DNA from: a bacterium
GTDB lineage: Bacteria; Hinthialibacterota; Hinthialibacteria; Hinthialibacterales; Hinthialibacteraceae
Assembly: GCA_963662285.2 (NCBI GenBank)
Contig: CAXXMV010000008.1
Location: forward strand, 1,472,001-1,536,000
Reading direction: 5' to 3'
DNA length: 64,000 nucleotides
A model generated the notes under the pieces. The model was not told the origin of the DNA and did no database searches. It worked only from the letters and a program-made list of their open reading frames with translations. The position numbers were made by a program, and so were the translations under genes. Positions 10,432 to 21,468 of the stretch are shown one piece after another. Each line of letters begins with the position of its first letter. Positions within the stretch are counted from its first letter, which is position 1.

Positions 10432-11151
10432 ATGGAGTATAAGATGGTTTTGTTGTCAATTGTAATCCCCGCATATAACGAGAGCAAAGATATCAGTGAT
10501 ACTATCCATAGCATTTTCAATGCAATAGAACAAAGCAACTGGCGCCCCTATGAACTGATAGTTGTTGACGATGCCTCAACCGATGGAACTGCGGAAATCG
10601 CACAGGAACTTGGCGCTCAAGTAGTGGTATCCGGCAAAAGAAATATCGCAGCATCGCGCAATGCCGGGGCTGCCGTTGCGCAGGGAGAATATCTATTATT
10701 CGTAGATGCTGATACCACTATAAACGCTGATTTATTAAATGAGATGGAGAGCGCATTGCAGGATGGCGCTATCGGCGGCGGGGCGCAAGTGGCATGGAGC
10801 GAACCATCCGGCTCGCGGTTGGCTGACAGGGTATTGGCTTTATGGAACTGGATATCACGCACCTTCCATTCTCCCGCCGGTTCGTTCTTCTTTGTAAAAC
10901 GGGAAGCATTTGAAAAGGTGAACGGGTTCGACGAAGAATATTTTGTCACGGAAGAATTGCATCTTGGCAAAAAATTAAAGAAAATAGGACGCCTGGCAAT
11001 TCTATGTGGAGCGGTAGCCACTTCTCCCAGGAAATTGCACCAGTTCAGCATGCGTGAACACATTCATCTATTAGGGCAAGTCATCTTTAAACGTGGAAAA
11101 ACATTTCGCAACCGGAAATATCTTGATATCTGGTATACTCGACGAGATTAA
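10432..11151 (+). CDS. Glycosyltransferase family 2
   Basis: SIVIPAYNE, IVVDDASTDGT, RNAGA, LLFVDADT, GFDEEY. Confidence 0.92.
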   Translation: MEYKMVLLSIVIPAYNESKDISDTIHSIFNAIEQSNWRPYELIVVDDASTDGTAEIAQELGAQVVVSGKRNIAASRNAGAAVAQGEYLLFVDADTTINADLLNEMESALQDGAIGGGAQVAWSEPSGSRLADRVLALWNWISRTFHSPAGSFFFVKREAFEKVNGFDEEYFVTEELHLGKKLKKIGRLAILCGAVATSPRKLHQFSMREHIHLLGQVIFKRGKTFRNRKYLDIWYTRRD

Positions 11152-11175
11152 AAAACTGACTATAGAAAGAGATTT

Positions 11176-12132
11176 ATGATGAGATTAAGTATAATTGGTT
11201 GTTTATTGATGGTGATTTTTTGCGTATCAACTCAAGCGGAGACTGTAGCCGAAAAACTGGGATATCCAGCCGACGCGAAATTGGTCATTATCCACGGCGA
11301 CGACGTAGGCATGTGCCATTCCGCCAATACCTCGGCTGCTGATGCGCTCGAAAAAGGGATCGTTACTTCGGGCAGTATCATGGTTCCCTGCCCCTGGTTT
11401 CTGGAAGCTGCCGAATATTGCCGCAAGAATCCCGAAACCGATCTGGGCATCCATCTCACCCTTACCTCTGAGTGGAAACACTACCGCTGGCGCCCGGTCG
11501 CGGCTTTGCCTTTGGTTAAGGGATTGATCGATGCTGAAGGATTCATGCATCATGGAGTACGGTCGGTTTACTCTAACGCATCGGTTAAAGAAGCCGAGGC
11601 TGAAATTCGGGCGCAGATCGAATAAGCCCTGTCCAGCGGCGTCAAACCGACTCATATGGATTCACACATGGGAACGCTTTATTACAATCCTGAATATCTA
11701 CAAATGGCATTGCGTTTGTCGGAAGAATACGACATCCCCCTGATGTTCTTCAAAGCCAATCAGGAATTTCAATCGGCGGTCGGCGAAGACAATAAAGCTG
11801 TTTTCACTCAAGTATCAAAAATGATGGAGCGCCGAGGCATCCCCCTGCTCGATTCCATGCCGGAAATCGGTAAGACCAGCGTCGATGGAATAGAAGCAGC
11901 CTATAAAGAATTATTCCGTAACATCAAGCCGGGATTGTCTCTGGTAATACTACACCTAGCCGATGAGTCAAAAGAATATAAAGCCATCACCGGATCATAT
12001 CCCAAACGTTTGCAGGAATACCGCATCTTCACCGATCCCAAGATGAAAGAGTTTATCGAAGAACAAGGCATTATCCTGATTGGCTGGAAAGAACTGCTGC
12101 CTCTATGGAAACAGCGGGAACCACTGAAATAG
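11176..12132 (+). pseudogene. YdjC/ChbG family carbohydrate deacetylase interrupted by in-frame TAA at 11623-11625
   Basis: ORFs 11176..11625 and 11656..12132 are in the same frame; read-through gives IHGDDVG...GIHLTLTSEW...RAQIE*ALSSGVKPTHMDSHMG. Confidence 0.8.
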
Positions 12133-12210
12133 GTTGCAATCCAGTAATCGATATGTTATTTTCAGTAATGCGACGAAGTCATTTTTATCAAAGAAAATGA
12201 GGGCAGGGAT

Positions 12211-13644
12211 ATGTCTGATTGTCAACAAATAAACCGCCGGAATTTTATGGGGCTAGCCGGAAGCGTTGCGTTCGGGATGCTGGGAGCAAAATTTGCTAAC
12301 GCATCACAAGAGAATAAAAAACTGAACCTTGTCTTCCTTTTGGTTGATGACCTGGGATGGACGGATCTGGGGTGTTATGGCAGCCAGTATTATGAGACGC
12401 CCAATATCGACCGGCTGGCTTCACAAGGCATGCGCTTCACCAATGCTTATGCTGCGTGCACCGTCTGTTCACCGACACGGGCCAGCATTATCTCCGGCAA
12501 GTATCCGGCGCGGGTTCGCATAACCGATTGGATAGCGGGTCACAACAAGCCTTACGCCAAGTTGCGCGTACCGGAATTCAACTATCAACTGCCGCTGGAA
12601 GAGGTAACTATCGCTGAAGTGATGAAACAAGCGGGCTATACCAGCGCCAGTATGGGTAAATGGCATCTGGGCGGCGATCCGTTCTATCCTGACAAGCAGG
12701 GATTCGACGTAAATGTAGGTGGAGATCATCGCGGACAACCGCCCAGTTATTTCAGTCCGCACCGCATCCCCATTTTGAAAGACGGTCCCGAAGGCGAATA
12801 CATGCCGGACCGGCTGGCTAAAGAAGCGGTCAAGTTTATCGATGAAAACCGCGACAAGCCTTTTCTGCTCTACCTGCCCTTCTATGAAGTGCACACTCCA
12901 TTGCAAGCCAAAAAGGAACTGATTGAGTATTACCAGAAAAAAGAAAAACCGGGCAAACAAAACAACGCCAAGTACGCCGCCATGATCCACAGCACCGATG
13001 AAGCCGTCGGTAAGATAATGGCTAAACTGGATCAGTTGGGCATCACCGATAACACCCTGGTGATGCTGACCGGAGATAATGGCGGCCTGATCCCTGTAAC
13101 CAACAATGAACCACTGCGCGCCGGTAAAGGCTCCGCCTATGAAGGCGGAGTGCGTGAACCATTGCTCGTGCGCTGGCCTGGAGTAGTCAAACCGGGAAGC
13201 GAATGTCATGAGCCTGTCATAAGCGTCGATTATTATCCAACCATGCTGGAAGCAGCTGGCGCTACAGCCGATCCCAAGCAAAAACTGGATGGCGAAAGCA
13301 TTGTTCCACTGCTGCGCGATCCAGACGCCAGACTGAAGCGCAATGAAATCTACTGGCATTATCCCCACTATCACCCCGGCGGCGCCAAACCCTATGGCGC
13401 AGTCCGCCAGCGGGATTATAAACTGCTTGAGTTCTATGAAGACGGTAAACTGGAACTCTACAATCTCAAAGAAGACATCGGCGAAACCAAAGATTTATCC
13501 AAAGAGATGCCCGACAAAACAGCAGAACTACACAACCTATTAAAAGCCTGGCGGTTGGATTGCGACGCTCAAATGCCGCACCCCAACATAGATTACGATC
13601 CTGAACGGGCCGACAATAGAGCAGGACAAAAGACGAAAAAGTAA
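12211..13644 (+). CDS. Sulfatase (S1, Cys-type), Tat-exported
   Basis: NRRNFMG Tat signal, LVDDLGW, CSPTRAS (CxPxR), GKWHLG, GDNGG, YEGGVREP. Confidence 0.95.
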   Translation: MSDCQQINRRNFMGLAGSVAFGMLGAKFANASQENKKLNLVFLLVDDLGWTDLGCYGSQYYETPNIDRLASQGMRFTNAYAACTVCSPTRASIISGKYPARVRITDWIAGHNKPYAKLRVPEFNYQLPLEEVTIAEVMKQAGYTSASMGKWHLGGDPFYPDKQGFDVNVGGDHRGQPPSYFSPHRIPILKDGPEGEYMPDRLAKEAVKFIDENRDKPFLLYLPFYEVHTPLQAKKELIEYYQKKEKPGKQNNAKYAAMIHSTDEAVGKIMAKLDQLGITDNTLVMLTGDNGGLIPVTNNEPLRAGKGSAYEGGVREPLLVRWPGVVKPGSECHEPVISVDYYPTMLEAAGATADPKQKLDGESIVPLLRDPDARLKRNEIYWHYPHYHPGGAKPYGAVRQRDYKLLEFYEDGKLELYNLKEDIGETKDLSKEMPDKTAELHNLLKAWRLDCDAQMPHPNIDYDPERADNRAGQKTKK

Positions 13645-13671
13645 TTTAACGCTCAATAATGGAGTTCCAAC

Positions 13672-14235
13672 ATGGTTATTACCCGTGAAATAGCTTGGGA
13701 AAAATTGTGCCAGTGGACTGAAGGAGATGCGCTGAGAATCCATGCCCGATTGGTGGAAATCGCCATGCGGGCGGCGGCGCTGCAATACGGCAATGAAGGC
13801 GACGTGGAAGAATGGGGCGTCACCGGATTACTGCATGACGCTGATTACGAAAAATGGCCGGAGGATCACCCAGACCGCATCGTGGCATGGCTCAGGGAAC
13901 GCGGCGAAGAAAAAATAGCTCACGCCATCTCAGCCCACGCCACTTCGTTCAATGTCCCCTATGACACCCAATTAGACAAAGCGCTGCTGGCATGCGATGA
14001 ACTATCGGGCTTCATCGGAGCCTGCTGCTTCGTCCGCCCCGATGGAATCCACACCCTGGCTCCCAAAAGCGTCAAGAAAAAACTGAAAGACAAAAGCTTC
14101 GCCGCCAAAGTAAACCGAGATGAAATCAAAGCCGGCCTGGAAATGATAGGCGCCGATCTGACCGAACATATCCAATTACTGATAGACGCTTTCAAACCCC
14201 ATGCTGATGAACTGGGCATTAATGGGAGTGGGTAA
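13672..14235 (+). CDS. HD-domain hydrolase
   Basis: GLLHDADYE, ACDELSG, KSVKKKLKDKSFAAKVNR. Confidence 0.85.
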   Translation: MVITREIAWEKLCQWTEGDALRIHARLVEIAMRAAALQYGNEGDVEEWGVTGLLHDADYEKWPEDHPDRIVAWLRERGEEKIAHAISAHATSFNVPYDTQLDKALLACDELSGFIGACCFVRPDGIHTLAPKSVKKKLKDKSFAAKVNRDEIKAGLEMIGADLTEHIQLLIDAFKPHADELGINGSG

Positions 14236-14397
14236 ATAGATTAACAGAATATGCGTTGATGATCATACAATTTGTTTACAAAATTCCCCTCTCCTTATAT
14301 TAGGTGGCTTGATCAAGGGCTGACCGCGATGCGGTCTTGCCCTTGCCACCCACCTCACCCACCTGATGTCAGGTAGGTTTTGTTGTTTTCAAGTATC

Positions 14398-16362
14398 TCA
14401 TCTTATTTTCGTAATCTTCGCAACCCATCCACCGCCCGGCGCCAGTTTGATTGGCAAGGTTGTTTCAGGCGTGATGCGTTTCAGGCGCATTTGATAATCT
14501 ATAGCGCGTCTGTGTGCATTGGGCCCGTCTTGCATTATCTCCGCTTGATAGTCGCCTTCTTCTAAAAATGAGAAATCTATGTTCTTTTCCCTGGCATCCC
14601 AATCGGTGATTGCGGCGACGTACCAGGTTGCTCCATTACGGCGGGCTATGATGATGTAATCGGAAAACTTGGCGTCCAGGATTTTGGTTTCATCCCATTC
14701 GACGGGGATTTGGGTAAGAAACCTGGTGCATCGATCCTCTTTGTAATAATCCGACGGGCTATCGGGGATCATCTGCAACTGGCTCTCCATAACCACTGCT
14801 AAAGCGAAAGCGTTGGCGCGGGTTCCCTGCCCCATCGGCCTGTCTCCAACGGGTCGATGGTTCTGTTTCTGGGCATTGTTGAGAGTGCCGGGGATATAAT
14901 CTACCGGACCGCAGACCATGCGGATAAAGGGCAGCATGTTGAGGAATTCAGGACTGACATGCTTCGAACCGCCGTTGTATTCAAATTCCATGAAACCTTC
15001 GCGGGTTAAAACGTTGGGATAAGCGCGCCTCAATCCAGCCGGTTTATAGCAGCCGTGAAAATCGATAACCAGTTTGCGCTTAGCCGCTTCACGGGCCACC
15101 CGGTGAAAGAAATTGACCATCTTCTGATCGTCGCGGTCCATGAAGTCAACCTTGATGCCTTTGACGCCCCATGCTTCAAACTGATCCAGGGCCTTTTCCA
15201 GTTGATCATCCAATCCCTTCCAATAGACCCAGAGGACAATATCAACATCTTTCTCTTTGCTGTAAGCCATCACTTCATCTATATCAACATCCGGATTGAC
15301 TTTCAGGATATCCTGCCGGGTCGACCATCCCTCATCAAGCAGGAAATAACGGATGCCGTAATTGGCGCAGAAATCTATAAAGTACTTCATGGTTTCGGTA
15401 TTGACGCCCGCATCAAAATCTACATCAAAAATATTACGCCGCGCCCACCAATCCAGGATAATCCACCCCGGTTTAATCCATGAGACATCATCGATCTGCA
15501 AAGGTTTACCCAGCAGATAAACCAGCTGGTTGGTCAATAAATCCGCGTCCTGTTCAGCGATAGCCAGGATGCGCCACGGGAAGGTCCGGGCGCCATTGGT
15601 CTTGGCGATAAAATCTTCATAAGTTTTCACCCGACCGTTGCTGGTTTCTTGACGGGGATAACCGGGCAAGATACCTGATATACTGGCATCTCCATTGCCG
15701 CGCAGCCACAGACCTGGATAATCATCTAAATCAGATTCAGCAATTAATACATTGAGTCCTTTATCTGTACGAATTAAGGCGGGCAATCCGCCAAAATCGT
15801 CTGAAGACAATTCAGGAATCGCTTTATTAATATATGGTTTTTCGTAGTTGGATTGAAATGTAGTGTCTTTGGTTAAGTAGATTCGGTCTTTATCTGAAAA
15901 AGTAAAATGTACATCCTCACTCTCGACTACAATAGAATCGGGCAATTCGGTTTCCCAACGATATGCAATCCCCTCATCATAAGCGCGGAAGGTAAGCATA
16001 TATTTTTGCTCAAACACCAAACATAGTTGATTATAACAATCCTTGATCTTGTCAAATTTTTCTTTAACTACTGGAGTGATGACCTGATTCACAGATTCAC
16101 GTTTGACTGTTTTAATCCGGGGATTTTTTCCTAGAGTCTGGCCATTTTTAATTTGCATGGAAATCTGAGATGGGGAAATTACCGGCTGCGAATTCTTTTG
16201 AACTGAAAAAAGAACATTGTCATCAATTTGAATTTTTAATTGAATAGTTTTATCCGGGTTATTCAACAAATATTCTTCCGCTTGAATAACCATAGGCATA
16301 ATCAAGAATGTGATTACGAAAAAAATATTTAATCTATTGACTTTCGGTAAATAGCGCATCAT
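14398..16362 (-). CDS. Glycoside hydrolase family 97
   Basis: FRAYDEGIAYR, FPWRI, SWIKPG, LDEGW, GIKVDFMDRDDQ, DFHG..KP.GL.R.YPN, LAPGGGW. Confidence 0.93.
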   Translation of the reverse strand: MMRYLPKVNRLNIFFVITFLIMPMVIQAEEYLLNNPDKTIQLKIQIDDNVLFSVQKNSQPVISPSQISMQIKNGQTLGKNPRIKTVKRESVNQVITPVVKEKFDKIKDCYNQLCLVFEQKYMLTFRAYDEGIAYRWETELPDSIVVESEDVHFTFSDKDRIYLTKDTTFQSNYEKPYINKAIPELSSDDFGGLPALIRTDKGLNVLIAESDLDDYPGLWLRGNGDASISGILPGYPRQETSNGRVKTYEDFIAKTNGARTFPWRILAIAEQDADLLTNQLVYLLGKPLQIDDVSWIKPGWIILDWWARRNIFDVDFDAGVNTETMKYFIDFCANYGIRYFLLDEGWSTRQDILKVNPDVDIDEVMAYSKEKDVDIVLWVYWKGLDDQLEKALDQFEAWGVKGIKVDFMDRDDQKMVNFFHRVAREAAKRKLVIDFHGCYKPAGLRRAYPNVLTREGFMEFEYNGGSKHVSPEFLNMLPFIRMVCGPVDYIPGTLNNAQKQNHRPVGDRPMGQGTRANAFALAVVMESQLQMIPDSPSDYYKEDRCTRFLTQIPVEWDETKILDAKFSDYIIIARRNGATWYVAAITDWDAREKNIDFSFLEEGDYQAEIMQDGPNAHRRAIDYQMRLKRITPETTLPIKLAPGGGWVAKITKIR

Positions 16363-16564
16363 AGTCTCCAATTATTGATAACTCAGTAAATAAGAAAATG
16401 TTAACTCTTATAGATATTATAAAAAAACTCATAACAAATCGAGGCGTAGAATAGAAAAGCGCGTCAAATCAACCATTCCCGTTTCTTTCTGTTCACAGCA
16501 TTCTGCATGTTGTTTTCCATCGGTTATGATATATTCATTATTATTTATGGAGGTATAAAGTTTT

Positions 16565-18652
16565 ATGAGCCATTTTTCACAAGTATTTTTGTTTCTTCTG
16601 CTAATTGTATGCATTTTCTTATCTCCGGTTGTTATATGCGCCGCTGATAGTGACGTCATTATCAATGAAATTCACTACCACCCCGATGGTGATTTTGAAA
16701 AAGAAGAATTTATTGAATTATATAATCGAAGCGACAATTCTATTGATTTAACAGGATGGGCATTTTCGCGCGGGATTACCTACCTTTTCCCGGATGGAAC
16801 GCAAATAGCTGCTCATGGATATCTGGTCATCGCCCGAAATATGGTGGAAGCCAGTAAGTTTACCTCCAGATCAACGTTGCTGGGTGATTATGAAGGAACT
16901 CTTTCCAATAATGGTGAGAAACTAACCTTGTATAACGCTAATGGAGAAATTGCAGATTCTGTACAATACAAGGATTCTTCCCCCTGGGTCACAAGCCCCG
17001 ATGGCTCCGGCGCCAGTCTCGAAAGAATATCGCCTTTCGCAGCGTCAGATAATCCCTATAATTGGACGGGAAACAAATCCAGTTTATCCAGAAAAGTTAG
17101 CGCCGCAAAACAGAACAGCGTTTATTCAGAAAATCTACCGCCCGCTATCGAGCAGGTTACCTGGAATCCTAATTGCCCGGCGCCGAATAAACAAGTAACC
17201 GTTCAAGTACATATTACCGACCTGGATGGGATTGCCGATGTTACCCTGTCATACAAAGCAATCAGGCGCACTAACCAGAATGCATCAATCAGAAACCTGC
17301 CCATGCAGCTGGCTGCGGGAACCGCTAAAGATGGAACCTGGACAGTGAATATCCCCGGCCAAGTTGATAGAACTCTGGTTCGATTTACTATTCAAGCTGT
17401 GGATACTGAGGGAATAGAGCGCATTGATCCCGCTCCCACCGAAGCGCGATTAACCCATTCATATTTCCATTACGACAACAGCGAAACATCAACCATCCCC
17501 ATCGTTTTATTATATGACTTCGGCGCTGCTGATAATGAAAATGATTTTCGCAGCGACTCGGCTTTTATAATTCGTTACCCCGAAAAAGATGATTGGGAAG
17601 TTTACGACTTCATCAACATTACGCAACGCAACCGCTTGGGTGAAGGTTATGACGTTCGCTTCGTCAAACACTATGAACTAGAAGATATGAGCGGTTTCAA
17701 CCTTATCTTCGAACCAAAGCCCCGTTATTTACTGGCTGAATGGTTATCATATAAAATTTATGAATCCCTGGGAGTCATTATCGGCAAGACGGATCACTAC
17801 CGCTTCATTCGCAATGACGCCGATAAAGGCTATTTCCTGATGTTTGAGCAGGCCAACCGGCATTACATATCCCGCCACGGTCTCAACAATGACGGCAACC
17901 TTTATAAACTGCATTGGAGTTATGACCGCAACACAAGCGCATCTCATATCTCCGAACTGCATGAAAAACGCACCAATCTCAGTGAAGGCAAAGATGATAT
18001 TATCGAGACTGTGCAAACCATGCATGAACTCAGCGGGAACGCTAAAAGATTGTATATTGAATCTACCTGTGATGTTGATCAATTTATTAATTACTTCGTC
18101 GGCTGCCAGTTGATTTCTGATTGGGATGGATATTTCAACAATCATTTCGTCTATCATGATATCAATGAAACAGGGTTATGGTACATATTCCCCTGGGATA
18201 AAGATAAAACCTGGGGAGACTCAGACTACTACCATAATGTCCTGCCATATTATGACGTCTATGATATGCCCGTGCTGTTCGGAGTATATGGCACGCCAAA
18301 ATCAGGTAAAGGAAGCAATACATGGTGGCGTCCTCCCGGATATTTCAGCGGAGGGATATTAGACGACCCTGATATGCTCAACAGATATTTGCACCGCTTG
18401 GGATATGCGGCGAAACATCTATTTACCGAGGAAAAGTGGTTCCCCATCATCAATGCATTAGAAGAAAAACTGGAACCAGAAGTTCGGTACAGCGCTCAAA
18501 TTAAAGGTGAAAATGTCAATAACATGTTGAAACAGTTCCATGATGAAATTGAATCATTCCGCCTTCAGGTGACCAACCGTAGAGAATTTATACTCGAAGA
18601 AGTTGAACTACTAATCGGTCCGGTTTCTGTCAGCGACTGGCAACTTTACTAG
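16565..18652 (+). CDS. Secreted lamin-tail-domain + CotH kinase family protein
   Basis: VIINEIHYHP...EFIELYN (LTD); GNLYK, WDGYFNNHF, FPWDKDKTWG (CotH); ends PVSVSDWQLY. Confidence 0.85.
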   Translation: MSHFSQVFLFLLLIVCIFLSPVVICAADSDVIINEIHYHPDGDFEKEEFIELYNRSDNSIDLTGWAFSRGITYLFPDGTQIAAHGYLVIARNMVEASKFTSRSTLLGDYEGTLSNNGEKLTLYNANGEIADSVQYKDSSPWVTSPDGSGASLERISPFAASDNPYNWTGNKSSLSRKVSAAKQNSVYSENLPPAIEQVTWNPNCPAPNKQVTVQVHITDLDGIADVTLSYKAIRRTNQNASIRNLPMQLAAGTAKDGTWTVNIPGQVDRTLVRFTIQAVDTEGIERIDPAPTEARLTHSYFHYDNSETSTIPIVLLYDFGAADNENDFRSDSAFIIRYPEKDDWEVYDFINITQRNRLGEGYDVRFVKHYELEDMSGFNLIFEPKPRYLLAEWLSYKIYESLGVIIGKTDHYRFIRNDADKGYFLMFEQANRHYISRHGLNNDGNLYKLHWSYDRNTSASHISELHEKRTNLSEGKDDIIETVQTMHELSGNAKRLYIESTCDVDQFINYFVGCQLISDWDGYFNNHFVYHDINETGLWYIFPWDKDKTWGDSDYYHNVLPYYDVYDMPVLFGVYGTPKSGKGSNTWWRPPGYFSGGILDDPDMLNRYLHRLGYAAKHLFTEEKWFPIINALEEKLEPEVRYSAQIKGENVNNMLKQFHDEIESFRLQVTNRREFILEEVELLIGPVSVSDWQLY

Positions 18653-18658
18653 GGAAAT

Positions 18659-18692
18659 GGTGGGCTACGCTGGCGCTTTTAGCCCACCCTAC
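18659..18692 (-). repeat. GTAG-type REP palindrome
   Basis: Minus strand GTAGGGTGGGCTAAAAGCGCCAGCGTAGCCCACC, matching copies at 39739 and 49075. Confidence 0.85.
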
Positions 18693-18760
18693 CAGTGCTG
18701 CTAATCCATATTTCATAAGACTGGCTCAACCACTATTTATGTGATTGAGCCAGTTCTTCA

Positions 18761-21214
18761 TTATTCATAAATAAAAGATGCGCTTACAATAGCATCATCA
18801 GATGATTGCATTCTCACCCAATAAGCATTGAATCCTTCGGGGAAAGTATAAACTTTTTTCTCTTCCGGTTTTACTTTGAGTTCTTTACAGCAAACCCAAT
18901 GCCCTTCGCCGGTGATATCGACCTCGACTTTAATTGATATAGTAGATTTTGATTTATGGCTCAGGATTAACTGTTTATGATCATATCCTGTCATAAGGAA
19001 TGGATCGGAAGGTTCACCGCTTTTCACGCTGGTGTTATACCAGGGGCCGCCTTCCCCACGCGGCTTGCCGAGTTTCCATAGATCATCAATTGTACCAAAC
19101 CACAGCGCGCATTTATCATCATCAGACTTTATGATATGAGGGTTGTCATCAGCATTATCGGCGATTCCTGCAATCACCAACATGCCGCGCCATGAGCAAA
19201 GATCCATGATTAGGTAGTCAGAAGAAGCGACAGGGCGAATCTTGGTAAAACCGCCAGAGTTCTGACGGGGAAATTCATAGATATTTCCCTGGCAATTAAA
19301 AAGGCTTCTTTCCGTGACAATCTCCCGAACTGAGCGGGGCCATCCGGCTTGAGTAGGTTTCTGTAAATCAGTATGTCCTTTGGGCAGTCTATAACGCCGA
19401 CCTGACGAATCGATAACCAACACGGAAGCGTCGTCCGTTGTAAAGACAGGTTGGCCTATAGCATTATTTTCTTTCAACCACTGGTGAGACTTGGGATTAT
19501 CACGATGTTGTAATTTCATATCCGGACCGATTTCATAATACCCGGTCTCTTCTGTCTTTCCGGGCGTAACCTGGCTGGCAGCGAAATGGAGAGTTCCCAA
19601 GTCTTCGCCTCTTGGCCTGATAATTCCTGTAGAGAAAGAATCATTCGATTTGGCCAACCCATCAAATATTGTATCGGATACGGTTGATCTGGTATCATTG
19701 TCGGCGAATTGATAAATCAGGGAAACCTTGCTGCATAGTTGATCGCTTTTTACTCTGATCCACTGCGCATCCAATGATTGATCGAATATATGATATGCAT
19801 AACCTGATGAAGGAACGGATACTTTTGGTAATGGCGTCCACTGATCGGTTCCTGTTTTATCTATTTCAAAAGTAAAATTTACTGTTTTACCGGCATTATG
19901 GCTGATATGAACATTGTGATGATCAAAACCATTGAAAAGAAATGGTTCGCTGTACTCATCGGCTTTAATAGCATCGTCAACCCACGGTCCTCCACGGCCT
20001 ATTACCGGACCAAAACTGGTAATCTCATTGGGATCAACAAACCATAGGTTAGAGTTTGATTGACCATTCATTGTACCTTTGTTATTAAAAATATCATTTG
20101 ACTGAAAAGCGGATAGAGCGGCGTCATCACATCCAAAAACAATTTTTCCATTCCACTCGCAGAAATCACCGACAATTTTCAGGTAACTCGATAAGGGACA
20201 TATACCGGCAAGGTTCTCTGCTGAAAACGTTTTGGGGAAACTCCAAAACATGCCATGCATGGTCATTAATAAATAGTCATCATTGATATCACGAATTCTT
20301 GGCCATTCAGTATGCCAACCATGAGCGCCATCATAGGTATGGCTGGCTTTTGGCAGGCGGAACTTTTTCCATTGACCATCATCCAACAGCATCAGAATAA
20401 CTGAACGGTGATCCCAACCTATCGACCAAATAGGATCATTCACATTATCATTGCCATATATTCCTCCTGGTCCGGTGACTTCGGTGAATTGATTGCGCAA
20501 TACTACATTCCAGTCTTTGCCATCCCATTGCGCCAGACAACCAGATGTAATATCAGGATAAATAAGCGCATCTGCTGAACGCTCGCCATTATTGGCGTAT
20601 ACCAGACGTCCTTGAGAAGAATACAAACCTTTACCGTGATATCCGGGTAGCAATGGTCCGGCTATATCCGCAGGTTTGGCGGCATTGCCATCAGGATTAA
20701 TGGTTTTGACTTCCAGCGAATGAACGTCGACTTCGTAAAAACCCTCTTCCATAGTGGCGAAATATATTTTATTGATGGGATCAAATAAATGCCGCGCATT
20801 GCCTGTGAGACGCCCCGGCATTATTTCAGGTTGAATGACGCGAACCTTGCCATCTTTATCAATGACGTATAATCCGATAAATAGTTGCCGGGATTCACGG
20901 TGAATCATCCGGTTGGCATGGGTGCCGCCTACGCTTTCCGTCCTGATGATTCTATTTAATTGATCATCAATTTCATACAGTTTATCGGATGAACCAAATG
21001 GCTTATGAGGACCATAAGTTATATACCACAGTTTTCCCGCCCAGGGAACAACAGCCCCGACGCCGCATTCGCCTTCCTGATTGTAAGCCGCGAGATGTGG
21101 ATATATCCCACTGAATTCAACATAATCTTCCGCAGTAGAAATTGTTGTATTAAAATGAACAACAATCGTTACTACAATTAATAATTTAAGCGCATGTAAA
21201 CAAAATAGTCTCAT
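18761..21214 (-). CDS. Large secreted hypothetical protein (probably beta-rich)
   Basis: 817-aa ORF with signal peptide; internal repeat GRGGPW..SEPFLF.GFDH / GEGGPW..SDPFLMTGYDH. Confidence 0.7.
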   Translation of the reverse strand: MRLFCLHALKLLIVVTIVVHFNTTISTAEDYVEFSGIYPHLAAYNQEGECGVGAVVPWAGKLWYITYGPHKPFGSSDKLYEIDDQLNRIIRTESVGGTHANRMIHRESRQLFIGLYVIDKDGKVRVIQPEIMPGRLTGNARHLFDPINKIYFATMEEGFYEVDVHSLEVKTINPDGNAAKPADIAGPLLPGYHGKGLYSSQGRLVYANNGERSADALIYPDITSGCLAQWDGKDWNVVLRNQFTEVTGPGGIYGNDNVNDPIWSIGWDHRSVILMLLDDGQWKKFRLPKASHTYDGAHGWHTEWPRIRDINDDYLLMTMHGMFWSFPKTFSAENLAGICPLSSYLKIVGDFCEWNGKIVFGCDDAALSAFQSNDIFNNKGTMNGQSNSNLWFVDPNEITSFGPVIGRGGPWVDDAIKADEYSEPFLFNGFDHHNVHISHNAGKTVNFTFEIDKTGTDQWTPLPKVSVPSSGYAYHIFDQSLDAQWIRVKSDQLCSKVSLIYQFADNDTRSTVSDTIFDGLAKSNDSFSTGIIRPRGEDLGTLHFAASQVTPGKTEETGYYEIGPDMKLQHRDNPKSHQWLKENNAIGQPVFTTDDASVLVIDSSGRRYRLPKGHTDLQKPTQAGWPRSVREIVTERSLFNCQGNIYEFPRQNSGGFTKIRPVASSDYLIMDLCSWRGMLVIAGIADNADDNPHIIKSDDDKCALWFGTIDDLWKLGKPRGEGGPWYNTSVKSGEPSDPFLMTGYDHKQLILSHKSKSTISIKVEVDITGEGHWVCCKELKVKPEEKKVYTFPEGFNAYWVRMQSSDDAIVSASFIYE

Positions 21215-21400
21215 TATCTTTCCCTTTTTTTAACTTATTTGTTGTATTAATAAATTAAATTTTTTTATGGATTATTGCTAATAACCTACTTTATCATTAT
21301 AATCATAATAGACATGTAACTAATAAAATAAAAATAAATCATAGTTAAATTATTTATTAAAAATATCTATTACACGGTTAGAAAAAAATGTAATTTGCAG

Positions 21401-21428
21401 TAGACAATATTAGCTTATCACATATAAT
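21401..21428 (+). promoter_or_regulatory. Putative sigma70 promoter
   Basis: TAGACA-16 bp-TATAAT about 40 bp upstream of ATG 21469. Confidence 0.5.
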
Positions 21429-21468
21429 CTTAGATTAATAATTAATTTTTTGAAAGGATTTATATAAA

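Noticed and set aside
11623-11625. Selenocysteine, pyrrolysine or alternative genetic code
   Set aside because: The stop is TAA, the position is not a recognised catalytic residue, and TAA terminates many other genes here
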